DNA from: an uncultured Gemmatimonadales bacterium
GTDB lineage: Bacteria; Gemmatimonadota; Gemmatimonadetes; Longimicrobiales; Gaopeijiaceae
Assembly (NCBI GenBank): GCA_963809895.1
Contig: CAWELD010000010.1
Span: forward strand, 224,001 to 288,000
DNA length: 64,000 bases
Direction: 5' to 3'
Positions 40,013-50,155 of the stretch are shown piece after piece. How positions within the stretch are numbered: position 1 is the stretch's first letter; every line of letters starts with the position of its first letter. The notes under the pieces are model-generated. The model made no database searches, was not told the origin of the DNA, and saw only the letters and a list, made by a program, of their open reading frames with translations. Both the position numbers and the translations under genes were made by a program.

Positions 40013-41170
40013 TCAGGGCAGGGACCCTTGCTTGGTGTCCCAGAAGAGGTCGGCGACGCTGCGGGCAGCCTGGGTGGGCCTGCCGCTCTGGATGTTGGTG
40101 AGGATGGACACCACGATGCCACGATCGGGAAAGATCATGAGAATGGTGCTGCCGCCCACGGCCCCACCCGTGTGCCACACCGTGCGCACCCCATCCTCGT
40201 CCCGGACGAACCAGCCCATTCCGTAGTCGGTGGCCTCGCCGTCGCGAAGGTGCTGGCTCGTCCACAGCAGGTCCACCGTGGCGGGCTCCAGGATGGCGTG
40301 ATCGAGGTAGGACGATCCGTAGCGCACCATGTCCCGCGCGGTGGAGAGATAGCCGCCGCCTGCCCACTTGTTGCTGTTGTCGACGAAGGGCGCATTGACG
40401 ACTCGGCCGTCCTCGCCCCGGATGTAGAAGCGGGCACGGTAGGGGATGATGGAGTCCACGAACTCGCCCACGGTCTCGCGCATCCCCAGCGGGTCCAGTA
40501 CGCGTTGCCGCATGAACCGCAGGAACGGGATCCCTGCCGCGCCCTGCATCACCGCGGAGATCAGGTTCCAGCCGTAGGTCGAATAGCTGTACTGCGTGCC
40601 CGGCTCGAAGAGCAGCGTGTCGTTCTCGAAGATCTCGAGCGCATCCACTACGTCGTCGTAGTGAACCGCCGACCGGAACTCCAGGCCTCGATAATGCCGA
40701 ATGCCCGCGATGTGGCCGGCGACCTCTCGCGTGGTCACGGGCCAGCGCTTTTCCGGGAACGACGGCACGTACTGCTGCACCGGCGCGTCCAGGTCCACGC
40801 GACCCTCCTGCACCAGGATCCCGAGGCCCGCCGACGTGAGCGCCTTCGAAATGGACGCGATGCGGAACTTGGTGTCCGGCACCACCGCCACGTGATTCTC
40901 CAGATCGGCGAATCCGAAGCCCTCCGCCCACACCACCTCACCATCCACGGCCACCGCGACCGAGAGGCCGGGAACGCCCACTTCCTGCATCTGCTGCCGG
41001 ATGACGTCGCGCGATCCTTCGATGGCGCCCCGCCAGACCCCGGGCGACGGGGCCTCGGCAGGCTGGACGGCGACCTGCGCCGAGGCGGCGGTGAGGCCGC
41101 CCGAGAGCAGGAGGAGGGCGGCGGAGGCGAGGCCGGCGAGCCTCGACCGGTTGCGGTGATGGGGCGTCAT
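40013..41170 (-). CDS. Secreted serine hydrolase, beta-lactamase class C-like family
   Basis: Signal peptide, FRIASISK, YSYSTYG, WHTGG. Confidence 0.9.
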   Translation of the reverse strand: MTPHHRNRSRLAGLASAALLLLSGGLTAASAQVAVQPAEAPSPGVWRGAIEGSRDVIRQQMQEVGVPGLSVAVAVDGEVVWAEGFGFADLENHVAVVPDTKFRIASISKALTSAGLGILVQEGRVDLDAPVQQYVPSFPEKRWPVTTREVAGHIAGIRHYRGLEFRSAVHYDDVVDALEIFENDTLLFEPGTQYSYSTYGWNLISAVMQGAAGIPFLRFMRQRVLDPLGMRETVGEFVDSIIPYRARFYIRGEDGRVVNAPFVDNSNKWAGGGYLSTARDMVRYGSSYLDHAILEPATVDLLWTSQHLRDGEATDYGMGWFVRDEDGVRTVWHTGGAVGGSTILMIFPDRGIVVSILTNIQSGRPTQAARSVADLFWDTKQGSLP

Positions 41171-41246
41171 GGAGCACCTCGATGCTGGAATGTTCCGGCA
41201 GTCTACCGCCATGGGGCGCACGAGGCCACCGTGCCACCGTGGGTCG

Positions 41247-42033
41247 CTAGGGAGCCCCGGGGCCTCTCAGCGCCCGCTCCAGGATCTCCAGGAGCTCGGA
41301 ATCCATGTCGTCCACGCCCTGCATCCACTCGATGTAACCCGGCTCGTTGCGGGCCACGTCCTCGAGCAGGCTCCCCCGGTGCTTTCCTCGCCGAAAGAGC
41401 AGTCCCTCCTCCGTACTCTCGAACCATCGCTCCAGCGCCGTCTCGAAAGGCGCGTACTCGTCGCAGTAGGCGTGCAGCCCGTCCAGGTCCCTGGGAAGGT
41501 GGCCGTAGCGCTCGAGCTGGGCGGACAGGACCGCGGCCGAGGTGCGGATGTCGCCGAGGGCGCTGTGGGCCTCGGGGTGCTCGCGGCCCAGGTAGAAGCG
41601 GGCCGCCGCCGACAGGTCGCGGCGCTCCTCGCGGTGGAAGATCGCCTGCATGTCGATGAGCCGCCGGTCGCCCACGTCGAAGTCCACCCCGGCTCGGCGG
41701 AACTCGGCCAGGAGCATGGGCAGATCGAAGCGGCGGATGTTGAAGCCGGCCAGATCGGCATCGTCCAGGAGCTCGGTCGAGCGCCCGTGCGCGCCGCGCG
41801 AAGGGCGCCTCGTCCCGCACGTCCTCGTCGGTGATGCCGTGGACGGCCGTCGCCGCGGCGGGGATGGGGATTCCCGGATTGAAGCGGCGCACGCGCTCCA
41901 GGACGTCGCCGGCGGGGGTGAGACGGATGAGGGCCAGCTCCACGATGCGGTCGGCGGTGACGCTCAGGCCGGTGGTCTCGAGATCGAAGAAGACCAGCGG
42001 CCGGTCCAGGGGAAAGGGAAGCTCCATGGTCAT
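41247..42033 (-). pseudogene. DEDDh 3'-5' exonuclease (DnaQ-like) split by a one-base frameshift near 41777
   Basis: FFDLETTG...VHGI in one frame continues as AGFNIRRFD...AHSALGD in another. Removing one base restores ALAELLDD. Confidence 0.8.
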
Positions 42034-42269
42034 GGCTCCGGCCTCCGGGACGACACGAGGGCAGGCAGGGACACCGCCGCCCACGCCCCTTCCAGGACGA
42101 TGAATCCGAGTCGCCAATCGACGATTGCGATCCACAGGAGGAGGAGCGAGCCGCACAGGTTCAGGAGCGCGTACGTGCGGTCCCGCGGCCCGAGGCGGCC
42201 ACGCTGGTTCAGAACGTAGGCCACCAGGATGAGCGTGGCCCCCACGAGCGAGATCGTTTGATCGAACAA
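42030..42269 (-). CDS. Small membrane protein (CBU_0592-like)
   Basis: GA.LILVAY...Y.LLNL.GS...GFIVLE..W. Stop overlaps the exonuclease ATG. Confidence 0.75.
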   Translation of the reverse strand: MFDQTISLVGATLILVAYVLNQRGRLGPRDRTYALLNLCGSLLLLWIAIVDWRLGFIVLEGAWAAVSLPALVSSRRPEP

Positions 42270-42343
42270 GGCGGCGTCCCCATGCTACGTGGTTCGCGAA
42301 GGGTCGGTCCACATAAGGTACCCGCGTCACCCCCGGAGGTAGA

Positions 42344-43345
42344 ATGGCCGAGTCGGACATGCGCGCCATCGTGCTGCGAGAGCACGGCGGGCCCGAGGTC
42401 ATGGAGTTGCGTCGCGTGGCCCGGCCGGTACCCGCCCGGGGCGAGCTCCTCGTGCGCGTGCACGCCTCCGGGGTGAACCGAGCGGACCTGAGCCAGCGCA
42501 GGGGGCACTACCCCGCACCTCCCGGGTGGCCCGCCGACATTCCCGGGCTCGAATACGCGGGCGTCGTCGAGGCCACGGGCGCGGACGCCGACCTCTTCCA
42601 GCCCGGGGATCGGGTCATGGGTCTCGTCGGGGGAGGTGGCTACGCGGAGCTCCTGTCGGTGCCGGAGCGAGAGGCGGTGGCCGTTCCTTCGGCGCTGGAC
42701 CTCGGGGAGGCGGGTGCCGTGCCCGAGGCCTTCTTCACGGCCTGGGATGCGCTGGTGCGGCAGACGGGCCTCTCCGGCGGCGAGACGGTGCTGGTCCACG
42801 CCGCAGGCAGTGGCGTGGGCACGGCGGCCATCCAGATCGCCCGCGCGTTGGGATGTCGCTCGGTGGGAACCTCGCGCACACCGGAGAAGCTGGAACGAGC
42901 GGCGGGGTTGGGCCTGGACCAGGGCATCCTCGTCGGCGGAGACGCGGACTGGCCCGCCGCGGTCCTGGAGGCCACCGGAGGGCGAGGCGTCGACGTGGTC
43001 CTGGATCTGGTGGGTGCCGCCTATCTGGAAGGCAACCTGCGCTGCCTCGCACCACGGGGCCGCTGGATCGTCGTAGGTGTGCCGTCGGGCCACGCCGGAA
43101 CGATGGACCTTCGCGCCCTCATGGGGCGCCGCGCCTCCATCACCGGCACGGTGCTCCGAGCGCGCCCTCCGGAAGAGAAGGCCGTGTTGGCGCGCGACGT
43201 GGCCAGGCGCCTGAATCCCCTGATCGAGAAGGGTGCCCTCGTGCCCGTCGTCGAGCGGGCCTACGCACCCGAAGAAGTGGCGGAGGCGCACCGCCGCATG
43301 GAGTCGAATCTCAACTTCGGCAAGCTCCTGATTGTCTGGCAATGA
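42344..43345 (+). CDS. NAD(P)H-quinone oxidoreductase, PIG3 family
   Basis: GVNRAD..QR.G.YP.P, PGLE, GGGYAE, PEAFFTAW, HAAGSGVG, N.GKL. Confidence 0.9.
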   Translation: MAESDMRAIVLREHGGPEVMELRRVARPVPARGELLVRVHASGVNRADLSQRRGHYPAPPGWPADIPGLEYAGVVEATGADADLFQPGDRVMGLVGGGGYAELLSVPEREAVAVPSALDLGEAGAVPEAFFTAWDALVRQTGLSGGETVLVHAAGSGVGTAAIQIARALGCRSVGTSRTPEKLERAAGLGLDQGILVGGDADWPAAVLEATGGRGVDVVLDLVGAAYLEGNLRCLAPRGRWIVVGVPSGHAGTMDLRALMGRRASITGTVLRARPPEEKAVLARDVARRLNPLIEKGALVPVVERAYAPEEVAEAHRRMESNLNFGKLLIVWQ

Positions 43346-44760
43346 GGAAGAGTGGAACGAACCCCAGGAGGACCCACGTGAGGAGTCTCATCGCTACCGG
43401 CGTGCTCGCCGGCCTGTTCGTCGTCGTGCCCGTCGCCGTCCGCGCCCAGGACCAGGCTCCGGTGCCGCCCGACCGGGACGCGAGGATCTATGGGATCATC
43501 GAGCGTGCCTCGTCCGAGCGGATCGAGTCCGACATCCGGACGCTGGTGGGCTTCGGCACTCGCAATACGCTGTCCGACACGCTGTCGGATACCCGGGGCA
43601 TCGGCGCCGCCCGTCGCTGGATCAAGGCGGAATTCGACCGGATCTCGGCGGACTGCGGCGGCTGCCTGGAGGTGTCGTACCAGCGCATGCTGGTGGAGGC
43701 CCAGCCCCGCTCCCGGATCCAGGGGGACACCTGGGTCGTGAGCGTCGTGGCCGTCCTGCGGGGCACCACCGATCCGGGACGGTACGTCATCATGAGCGGC
43801 GACATCGACTCGCGGGCCTCGAGCGCCACCGACGCGGAGACCGACGCGCCGGGCGCCAACGACAACGCCTCGGGGATGGCGGGCGTGCTGGAGGCCGCCA
43901 GGATCCTGACGACCATGAGACCCTTCGGAGCCAGCATCGTGTTCGCCGGCCTCGCCGGAGAGGAGCAGGGGTTGTACGGCGGTCAGCACATGGCGCAGGT
44001 GGCCCGGGACGAGGGCTGGAAGATCACCGGCGTGCTGAACAACGACATGATCGGCAACATCGAAGGCATCGACGGCGTCATCGACAACTCGACCTTCCGC
44101 GTCTTCTCCCAGGCCACGCCGGTGCCGGACTATCAGCCACAGCGCTGGAACTATCGCTTGTACGGCGGCGAGGTGGACGGCCCCTCCCGGCAACTCGCGC
44201 GCTACGTCGCCCGCATCGCCGACGACTACTTCACGAATCTCGACGCCAGGATGATCTATCGCCTGGACCGCTTCGGCCGCGGGGGCCATCACCGTCCCTT
44301 CAACGACGCGGGCTTTCCCGGCGTGCGCATCATGGAGACCCACGAGAACTACAACCGACAGCATCAGGACGTGCGCATGGAGGACGGGATCGCCTACGGA
44401 GACGTGCTCGAGGGCGTCGATTTCGACTACGCCGCGCGCCTGACCGCGGTCAACGCCTCGGTGCTGGCATCGCTGGCGTGGGCTCCGGCGGCGCCCGAGA
44501 ACGTCCTCATCAACGGCGCCGTCCAACCGTCCACGACCCTGATGTGGGATCCCGTGGAGGACCCGGATCTCGCCGGATACCGGATCTACTGGCGCGACAC
44601 CACCGCACCCCAGTGGGAGCACTCGCGGTTCGTCGGCAAGGTCGATCGCTTCACCCTGGAGAACCTGGTGATCGACAACTACCTGTTCGGCGTGGCGGCG
44701 GTGGGGACGAGTGGCGACGAGAGCGTGGTGTCGTTTCCCGTGGGTCAGGGTCGGCGTTGA
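43342..44760 (+). CDS. Secreted M28 family aminopeptidase with C-terminal FN3-like domain
   Basis: FGTR, GDIDSR, PGANDNASG, GEEQGL, NNDMIGN, RGGHH.PF, QHQD. Confidence 0.88.
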   Translation: MRKSGTNPRRTHVRSLIATGVLAGLFVVVPVAVRAQDQAPVPPDRDARIYGIIERASSERIESDIRTLVGFGTRNTLSDTLSDTRGIGAARRWIKAEFDRISADCGGCLEVSYQRMLVEAQPRSRIQGDTWVVSVVAVLRGTTDPGRYVIMSGDIDSRASSATDAETDAPGANDNASGMAGVLEAARILTTMRPFGASIVFAGLAGEEQGLYGGQHMAQVARDEGWKITGVLNNDMIGNIEGIDGVIDNSTFRVFSQATPVPDYQPQRWNYRLYGGEVDGPSRQLARYVARIADDYFTNLDARMIYRLDRFGRGGHHRPFNDAGFPGVRIMETHENYNRQHQDVRMEDGIAYGDVLEGVDFDYAARLTAVNASVLASLAWAPAAPENVLINGAVQPSTTLMWDPVEDPDLAGYRIYWRDTTAPQWEHSRFVGKVDRFTLENLVIDNYLFGVAAVGTSGDESVVSFPVGQGRR

Positions 44761-45378
44761 TCATCCGCTCCCGGGCTCAGGCTGCGACCCGGACGCATGG
44801 GTGTGCCCCGGCGGCACGAGGAGGTCCTCCAGAAAGAAGGCGGCGAGCTCGGAGCGCCCCGCCAGGCCGGCTTTTCGGTAGACCTCACGAGCCTGTTGGC
44901 GGACCGTGCGCTCGGAGGTGTCACGAACCCGGGCGGCTTCGCGATGGCTGAGCCCCTTCAACAGCAGGAGCGCCACGTCCCGCTCGGCGGGGGTGAGCTG
45001 CCAGCGGTCGAACTGCCGCCCCATGCTTCGGCCGAGGCCCTCGAGGAGGTCGCGGGCTTCGTGGCGCCAGCGCTGGGCTTCGGCTCGGGCGGTATCCACG
45101 TCCCGGGCCAGGAGTCGCGCCTCCACCCGCGCCCGACGCATCCTCAGGAAGAGGTGCAGGGCGCCGGCGCCGGCGGTGAGCATGAGCGTGCCTTCGAGCA
45201 CCAGGTGCAGGGGTCTCGCGCCCGAGCGGCTGTCGAGCACCAGGTCGGCTCCGACCAGGATCACCACCGCCACCAGGACCGCCAGGACGAGCTTCAGCCC
45301 TCCTTCATCCGACGCATCGGCCTCTCCCGAAGGCGAGTTCGTAATGCGTGACCGCGTCGCTAAGTCGTTGTCGTTCAT
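44761..45378 (-). CDS. Membrane-bound LuxR-family transcriptional regulator
   Basis: Two TM helices, coiled coil, FDRWQLTPAERDVALLLLKGLS...TSERTVRQQ...VYRK. Confidence 0.85.
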   Translation of the reverse strand: MNDNDLATRSRITNSPSGEADASDEGGLKLVLAVLVAVVILVGADLVLDSRSGARPLHLVLEGTLMLTAGAGALHLFLRMRRARVEARLLARDVDTARAEAQRWRHEARDLLEGLGRSMGRQFDRWQLTPAERDVALLLLKGLSHREAARVRDTSERTVRQQAREVYRKAGLAGRSELAAFFLEDLLVPPGHTHASGSQPEPGSG

Positions 45379-45512
45379 CGTGGTGCCATGTTATCGCACA
45401 TCTGACGGATAGCGCTACCCGCGGGGATTCGGCATCGTTCACCATCCTGGAAGGGATCGGCCTGGGATGGGCCTGAACGAGAACCTGTGCATTCATTCTG
45501 CGGAACCGAACC

Positions 45513-46052
45513 ATGAGCAAGCGATCCGGGTGGACCCTCAAGATCATCATCGGCCTGGCGGTCGTCGCCGTGGGCATCCAGTTCATTCCGGTGGATCGTT
45601 CGAATCCTCCGGTGGCGCAGGCAGCCCTCGTCCCTCCCAGCGAGGAAGTCGGCGCCATTCTCCGGACGGCGTGTTACGACTGTCATTCCAACGAGACCGA
45701 ATGGCCGTGGTACTCCAGTGTCGCGCCGGCCTCCTGGCTCCTGGCGGACCATGTGTCCGAGGGCCGTCGCGAGCTCAACTTCTCGACCTGGGCGGAGCAG
45801 CAGCCGCGCCGCATGGACCACAAGCTCGAGGAGTTGGTCGAGAAGGTCCGGGACGGGGAGATGCCGCTCAAGAGCTACACCCTGATGCATCCCCAGGCCC
45901 GACTCACCGACGAGGACCGCCAGGTCCTGATCGCATGGGCCCGGGACGCCCGCGCACAACTGGACGTGCCGGCGGATCAGCAGATGGAGCACGGCGAGGA
46001 GCGGGGTGAGCGGGAGTCGGGGGAGCGCGGATCAGGCCAGCGGGACCGCTGA
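45513..46052 (+). CDS. Heme-binding (Haem_bd) c-type cytochrome domain protein
   Basis: N-terminal TM, ACYDCHS, WPWYS, DHV.EGR..LNFS, GEMPL.SY..MH. Confidence 0.88.
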   Translation: MSKRSGWTLKIIIGLAVVAVGIQFIPVDRSNPPVAQAALVPPSEEVGAILRTACYDCHSNETEWPWYSSVAPASWLLADHVSEGRRELNFSTWAEQQPRRMDHKLEELVEKVRDGEMPLKSYTLMHPQARLTDEDRQVLIAWARDARAQLDVPADQQMEHGEERGERESGERGSGQRDR

Positions 46053-46083
46053 AGCCCCGGTAGGTCGGGGCGGAGCCCGGTGG

Positions 46084-47178
46084 CTATCCGCCGCCGGGCG
46101 ATGCGCCTGCCCCCGGCAGCTCCAGCCGGACCCGCACGCCATTTCCGTACTCCACCCGCACGTGGTCGGCATCCAGCGGCGCTTCGCCCGCGTCCTCGAC
46201 CCAGAGCGCGGTGAGCCGGCCATCGGGGAAGTAGCGCTCGATGAAGGCCTTCCCACGATCGGGGCCCAGCACGAAGAGTAGCGTGGAGAGGGCGTCGGCG
46301 GTCATACCGTCGTCGGCCGCCACGGTGACGGCCACCACGCCCTGGGCGGGCTCTCCGGTGGTGGGGTCCATGATGTGGCTGTAGCGGGCCCCGCCATCCT
46401 CGAACATCTGCTCGTAGTCCCCCGACGTCGCCACGGATCCCGACCGCACCGCCACCGTTCCCATGAGGTCGTCCGGTGCCCGTGGATGGCGGATACCCAG
46501 CACCCAGAGGGAGTCCGCCCCGGGCGGGGCGCCGAATACGCTCACGTTGCCGCCCAGGTCGGCGAGGGCCGACGTAGCTCCGGCCTCACGCATGGCCTCC
46601 AGCGCCCGGTCCAACGCGAACCCCTTGGCCAGGGCCCCGAAGTCCAGTTGCATGCCCGAGCGTTCGAGTCGGGCACGGGCGCCGGCGCTGTCCACCGTCA
46701 CGCCCTCCCATCCGACCAGGGCTTCGGCCCGGGCGAGGGCGTCTGGATCGGGACGGCCGGGCTCGTGCTGAAAGAAGCCCCACGCCTTCATGAGGGGCCC
46801 CACCGTGGGATCGAACGCCCCCTGGGAACGGCGTGCCCAGGTCAGGGCGGCGCCCAATACCTCGAGGGTCCACGGGGACAGCGGTGTCCAACGACCGGTG
46901 CCGGCCGCGTCGTTCAGGCGCGAGATCTCGGAGTCGGGTTTGTAGTTGCTCATGAGCGAGTCCACCCGGAACACCGCGGCCCGGCCTGCCTCGGCGGCCG
47001 TGCCGGCGGTCTCCTGATCCGCCGCCCATGCGCTCACCTGGAGCACCGTGCCCATGACGGGTACCGAGCGGTCGACCCTGGAACCGGGCACGGGGCCCTC
47101 GCCCGCGCACGCCGAGAGAGCGCCCAGGACCACGGCCGCGAAGGCGGCCACCAGGACGTGGCGGCTCCGGAGGGTCAC
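46084..47178 (-). CDS. apbE: FAD:protein FMN transferase
   Basis: Lipobox LSAC, MGT, SEISRLN, FDPTVGPL, DFGALAKG, DLGGN, ATSGDY, HIMDP, ADALST. Confidence 0.93.
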   Translation of the reverse strand: MTLRSRHVLVAAFAAVVLGALSACAGEGPVPGSRVDRSVPVMGTVLQVSAWAADQETAGTAAEAGRAAVFRVDSLMSNYKPDSEISRLNDAAGTGRWTPLSPWTLEVLGAALTWARRSQGAFDPTVGPLMKAWGFFQHEPGRPDPDALARAEALVGWEGVTVDSAGARARLERSGMQLDFGALAKGFALDRALEAMREAGATSALADLGGNVSVFGAPPGADSLWVLGIRHPRAPDDLMGTVAVRSGSVATSGDYEQMFEDGGARYSHIMDPTTGEPAQGVVAVTVAADDGMTADALSTLLFVLGPDRGKAFIERYFPDGRLTALWVEDAGEAPLDADHVRVEYGNGVRVRLELPGAGASPGGG

Positions 47179-47192
47179 GACTGGTTGACTCG

Positions 47193-50024
47193 TCAGTCCT
47201 GACGCCCGAGGCCCAGCGCGTCACGGACCACGCGTTCCTGCTCCTGGGCGTGGGCCCTGGCCCGGCCCTCGGCGGGGCTGGCCCGCTCGGGTCGTGACAC
47301 GTGGCGTAGCGGGAGCGTCCGGGGAACCACCGCCCGCAGCCGGGGACCGATGAAGGTGAGGGCGCCCATATTGCGGGGTTCCTCCTGGACCCAGACCACC
47401 TCCTCGAGCGACGGATAGCCCTTCACGACCGCCTCGATGTCGGCCGCGGGGAAGGGATAGAGCTGCTCGACCCGGGCCACGGCCACATGAGGCGCCTGAT
47501 CGCGTTCGCCGTAGCCCTGGATGTCGTAGTACACCTTGCCGGAGCAGAGCACCAGGCGACGGATCTCCGACCGCTCGCTGGCCAACTCACGATCGTCCAG
47601 CACCGGGTGGAAGCGTCCGTCGACCAGCTCCGAGGCGGGGGAGCTGGCGGCGGGAAGACGGAGCAGGCTCTTGGGCGTCATCACCACCTGCGGGTGCTCG
47701 GGACGCGCGTAGGCCTGACGTCGCAGCATGTGGAAGTACTGCGCCGGCGTGCTCGGATAGAGGACCCGCAGGTTCTCCTCGGCACAGAGCTGCAGGAAGC
47801 GCTCGAGCCGGGCGCTGGAGTGCTCCGGTCCCTGTCCCTCGTACCCGTGGGGGAGCAGCAGCGTCAGATTCGACACCTGTCCCCACTTCTGGCGGCCCGA
47901 CGAGATGAACTGGTCGATGGCCACCTGCGCCGCGTTCACGAAGTCTCCGAACTGGGCCTCCCACAGGACCAGGTCCTCCTTGCTCGCCACCGAGTAGCCG
48001 TACTCGAATCCCACGACCGCAGCCTCGGTGAGCGGCGAGTTGTAGATCTCGAAGCGGCCGTCGCCCACGTGGGCCAGCGGTGTGTAGGTCTCGCCGGTCT
48101 CGACGTCGTGGAGCACCAGGTGCCGTTGGCTGAAGGTGCCGCGCTGAGAGTCCTGTCCCGAGAGCCGTACCACCCGGGCCTCCTCCAGCAACGATCCCAG
48201 TGCCAGGGTCTCGGCGTAGGCCCAGTCCAGCCGGGTGTCTTCGGTGAAGCTCTCCCGCCGGCGATCGAGCTGGCGCTTCAGTTTGGGATGCACGGTGAAG
48301 CCTTCGGGAGCGCTGAGGGCGGCCTCGTTGAGATGGGCCAGCCGCTCCAGCGGCACGCCGGTGTCGGGCTCCACCACCTCGACGGCCTCGTCGATCACGG
48401 GGCTCGTGTCGCCGTTCTTGAGCTCTTCCTGGATGCGGTCCTGGGCCTCGCGGAAGATGCGGGCCACCTCGTCGTCCATGGCGTCGACGTCGTCCTGCGA
48501 GACGACGCCCTCTTCCACCAGACGCCGCGCCAGGATCGTGCGCACGGTGGGGTGCTCCCCGATGCGGGCATAGAGCCGGGGCTGCGTGTACGCCGGCTCG
48601 TCGCCTTCGTTGTGGCCGTGGCGACGGTACCCCACCAGATCGATGACCACGTCGTCGTGGAAGCGGTCCCGGTACGCCATGGCCATGCGCATGGCCGCCA
48701 GGCACGCCTCGGGCTCGTCGGCGTTCACGTGCAGGATCGGAAAGTCGTAGCCTTTGGCCAGGTCGCTGGCGTACAGGGTGGACCGCCCCTCGCTGGGCGT
48801 GGTCGTGAACCCGATCTGGTTGTTGGCGATCACGTGGACGGTGCCGCCCACGGAGTAGCCCTCCAGGCGGGCCATGTTGAGACCTTCGGCGACGATTCCC
48901 TCGGCGGCGAAGGCCGCGTCGCCGTGGATCAGCACCGGTACCACGGCGTCGGTGTCCTGTGTCGCGTCGCCGTTTCCGTCTCCGAACTGCCAGGCCCGCG
49001 TCATGCCCATGACCACCGGGTTCACGAATTCCAGGTGGCTGGGATTCGGGGCGAGGACCACGTCCATGGTCGTGCCGTCGGGCAGCGTGTACTCGCCCCG
49101 GGCTCCGTGGTGGTATTTCACGTCACCCGTGCCCGCCACCGCCAGCGCGCCTCGTCCCTTGAGGCCCTCGAACTCCCGGAACATCTCCCCGTAGGAGACC
49201 CCGAGAATGTGCGTGAGCACGTTGAGGCGGCCGCGGTGCGCCATGCCGATCACGACTTTCGTGCCACCACGGGCGGCGGCTTCCACCAGCGCCGTATCCA
49301 GCATGGGCACGAGCATGTCGGTGCCCTCGATGGAGAAGCGCTTCTGCCCCAGGTAGGCCCGCTGCAGGAATTGCTCGAATCCCTCGACGCTGGTCAGGCG
49401 CTCCAGAAGCCGGCGGCGTTCGTCGGCCGAGGGCGGGCTCGTGTGGATGCCCGACTCCACCTGATCCCACATCCAGCGCACGCGCTCCGGGTCGACCAGG
49501 TGCTCGAACTCGTAGGCGATGGCGCTGCAGTAGGCCTCACGCAGGCGGCGCAGAGCGTGCGCCACGCTCTCTCCGGGCGTGGCCTCGGACTCGTCCATGA
49601 TGATGGAGGCGGGCACTTCTTCCAGCTCCTCCATGGAGGTGCCGAAGAACGACGGATCCAACTGGGGATGTCCGGGCGGATCGCTTCCCAGCGGATCGAT
49701 GTGCGCCAGCATGTGCCCGTGGTCCCGGAAGGCCTGCACGAAGGAAGTCGCCCGGGCCACCACCGGGAGCAGCCGCTCCAGACGGGCGGCGTCGGCGCTG
49801 GCGGGCACCTCCGACGGCCTGGCGGCAGGCGGTGCGGGAGCGGCCACGCCTCCGTTGCCCGAGAGGCTCTCCGGCACCAGCAGGCCGGCCGCCTCGGCGG
49901 CGCCCGTGCCCCGGGCGAAGAAGGTTCGCCAGGACTCCGGCACGGCTTCCGGATTGCGGGCGAATTCCTCGTAGAGCGCCTGCGCGTACGCGGCGTTCTG
50001 ACTATCGAATGGCGTGTCGCTCAT
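47193..50024 (-). CDS. sucA: 2-oxoglutarate dehydrogenase E1 component
   Basis: KRFSIEG, GMAHRGRLN, GDVKYH, NPSHLE, HGDAAF, GHNEGDEP, RGTFSQRH, WEAQFGDF, GPEHSSAR. Confidence 0.96.
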   Translation of the reverse strand: MSDTPFDSQNAAYAQALYEEFARNPEAVPESWRTFFARGTGAAEAAGLLVPESLSGNGGVAAPAPPAARPSEVPASADAARLERLLPVVARATSFVQAFRDHGHMLAHIDPLGSDPPGHPQLDPSFFGTSMEELEEVPASIIMDESEATPGESVAHALRRLREAYCSAIAYEFEHLVDPERVRWMWDQVESGIHTSPPSADERRRLLERLTSVEGFEQFLQRAYLGQKRFSIEGTDMLVPMLDTALVEAAARGGTKVVIGMAHRGRLNVLTHILGVSYGEMFREFEGLKGRGALAVAGTGDVKYHHGARGEYTLPDGTTMDVVLAPNPSHLEFVNPVVMGMTRAWQFGDGNGDATQDTDAVVPVLIHGDAAFAAEGIVAEGLNMARLEGYSVGGTVHVIANNQIGFTTTPSEGRSTLYASDLAKGYDFPILHVNADEPEACLAAMRMAMAYRDRFHDDVVIDLVGYRRHGHNEGDEPAYTQPRLYARIGEHPTVRTILARRLVEEGVVSQDDVDAMDDEVARIFREAQDRIQEELKNGDTSPVIDEAVEVVEPDTGVPLERLAHLNEAALSAPEGFTVHPKLKRQLDRRRESFTEDTRLDWAYAETLALGSLLEEARVVRLSGQDSQRGTFSQRHLVLHDVETGETYTPLAHVGDGRFEIYNSPLTEAAVVGFEYGYSVASKEDLVLWEAQFGDFVNAAQVAIDQFISSGRQKWGQVSNLTLLLPHGYEGQGPEHSSARLERFLQLCAEENLRVLYPSTPAQYFHMLRRQAYARPEHPQVVMTPKSLLRLPAASSPASELVDGRFHPVLDDRELASERSEIRRLVLCSGKVYYDIQGYGERDQAPHVAVARVEQLYPFPAADIEAVVKGYPSLEEVVWVQEEPRNMGALTFIGPRLRAVVPRTLPLRHVSRPERASPAEGRARAHAQEQERVVRDALGLGRQD

Positions 50025-50155
50025 TGGGTCCTGATCCAGGTACGGACATCCCCTGCTTCCTTCGGCCTTCAAAGCTACGAAAATTCGTTCTCGGGGCGAG
50101 GGCGGCCGGGGGCGCCCGTGGCCTGTCCCGGAGCGTCCTCCTATTGTTCGCCGCC

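Noticed and set aside
38292..40931. Apparent long fusion ORFs (879-aa patatin, 772-aa EamA, 744-aa M28, 623-aa SbcD, 583-aa ABC ATPase)
   Set aside because: The N-terminal extensions are off-frame read-through of upstream genes, and the true starts are internal.
40013..41170. Beta-lactamase as a resistance gene
   Set aside because: It is a generic SxxK serine hydrolase in a non-mobile context, so resistance cannot be supported.
45985..46052. GERGERESGERG repeat-like tail of the heme protein
   Set aside because: It is a short low-complexity charged tail, not a DNA repeat element.
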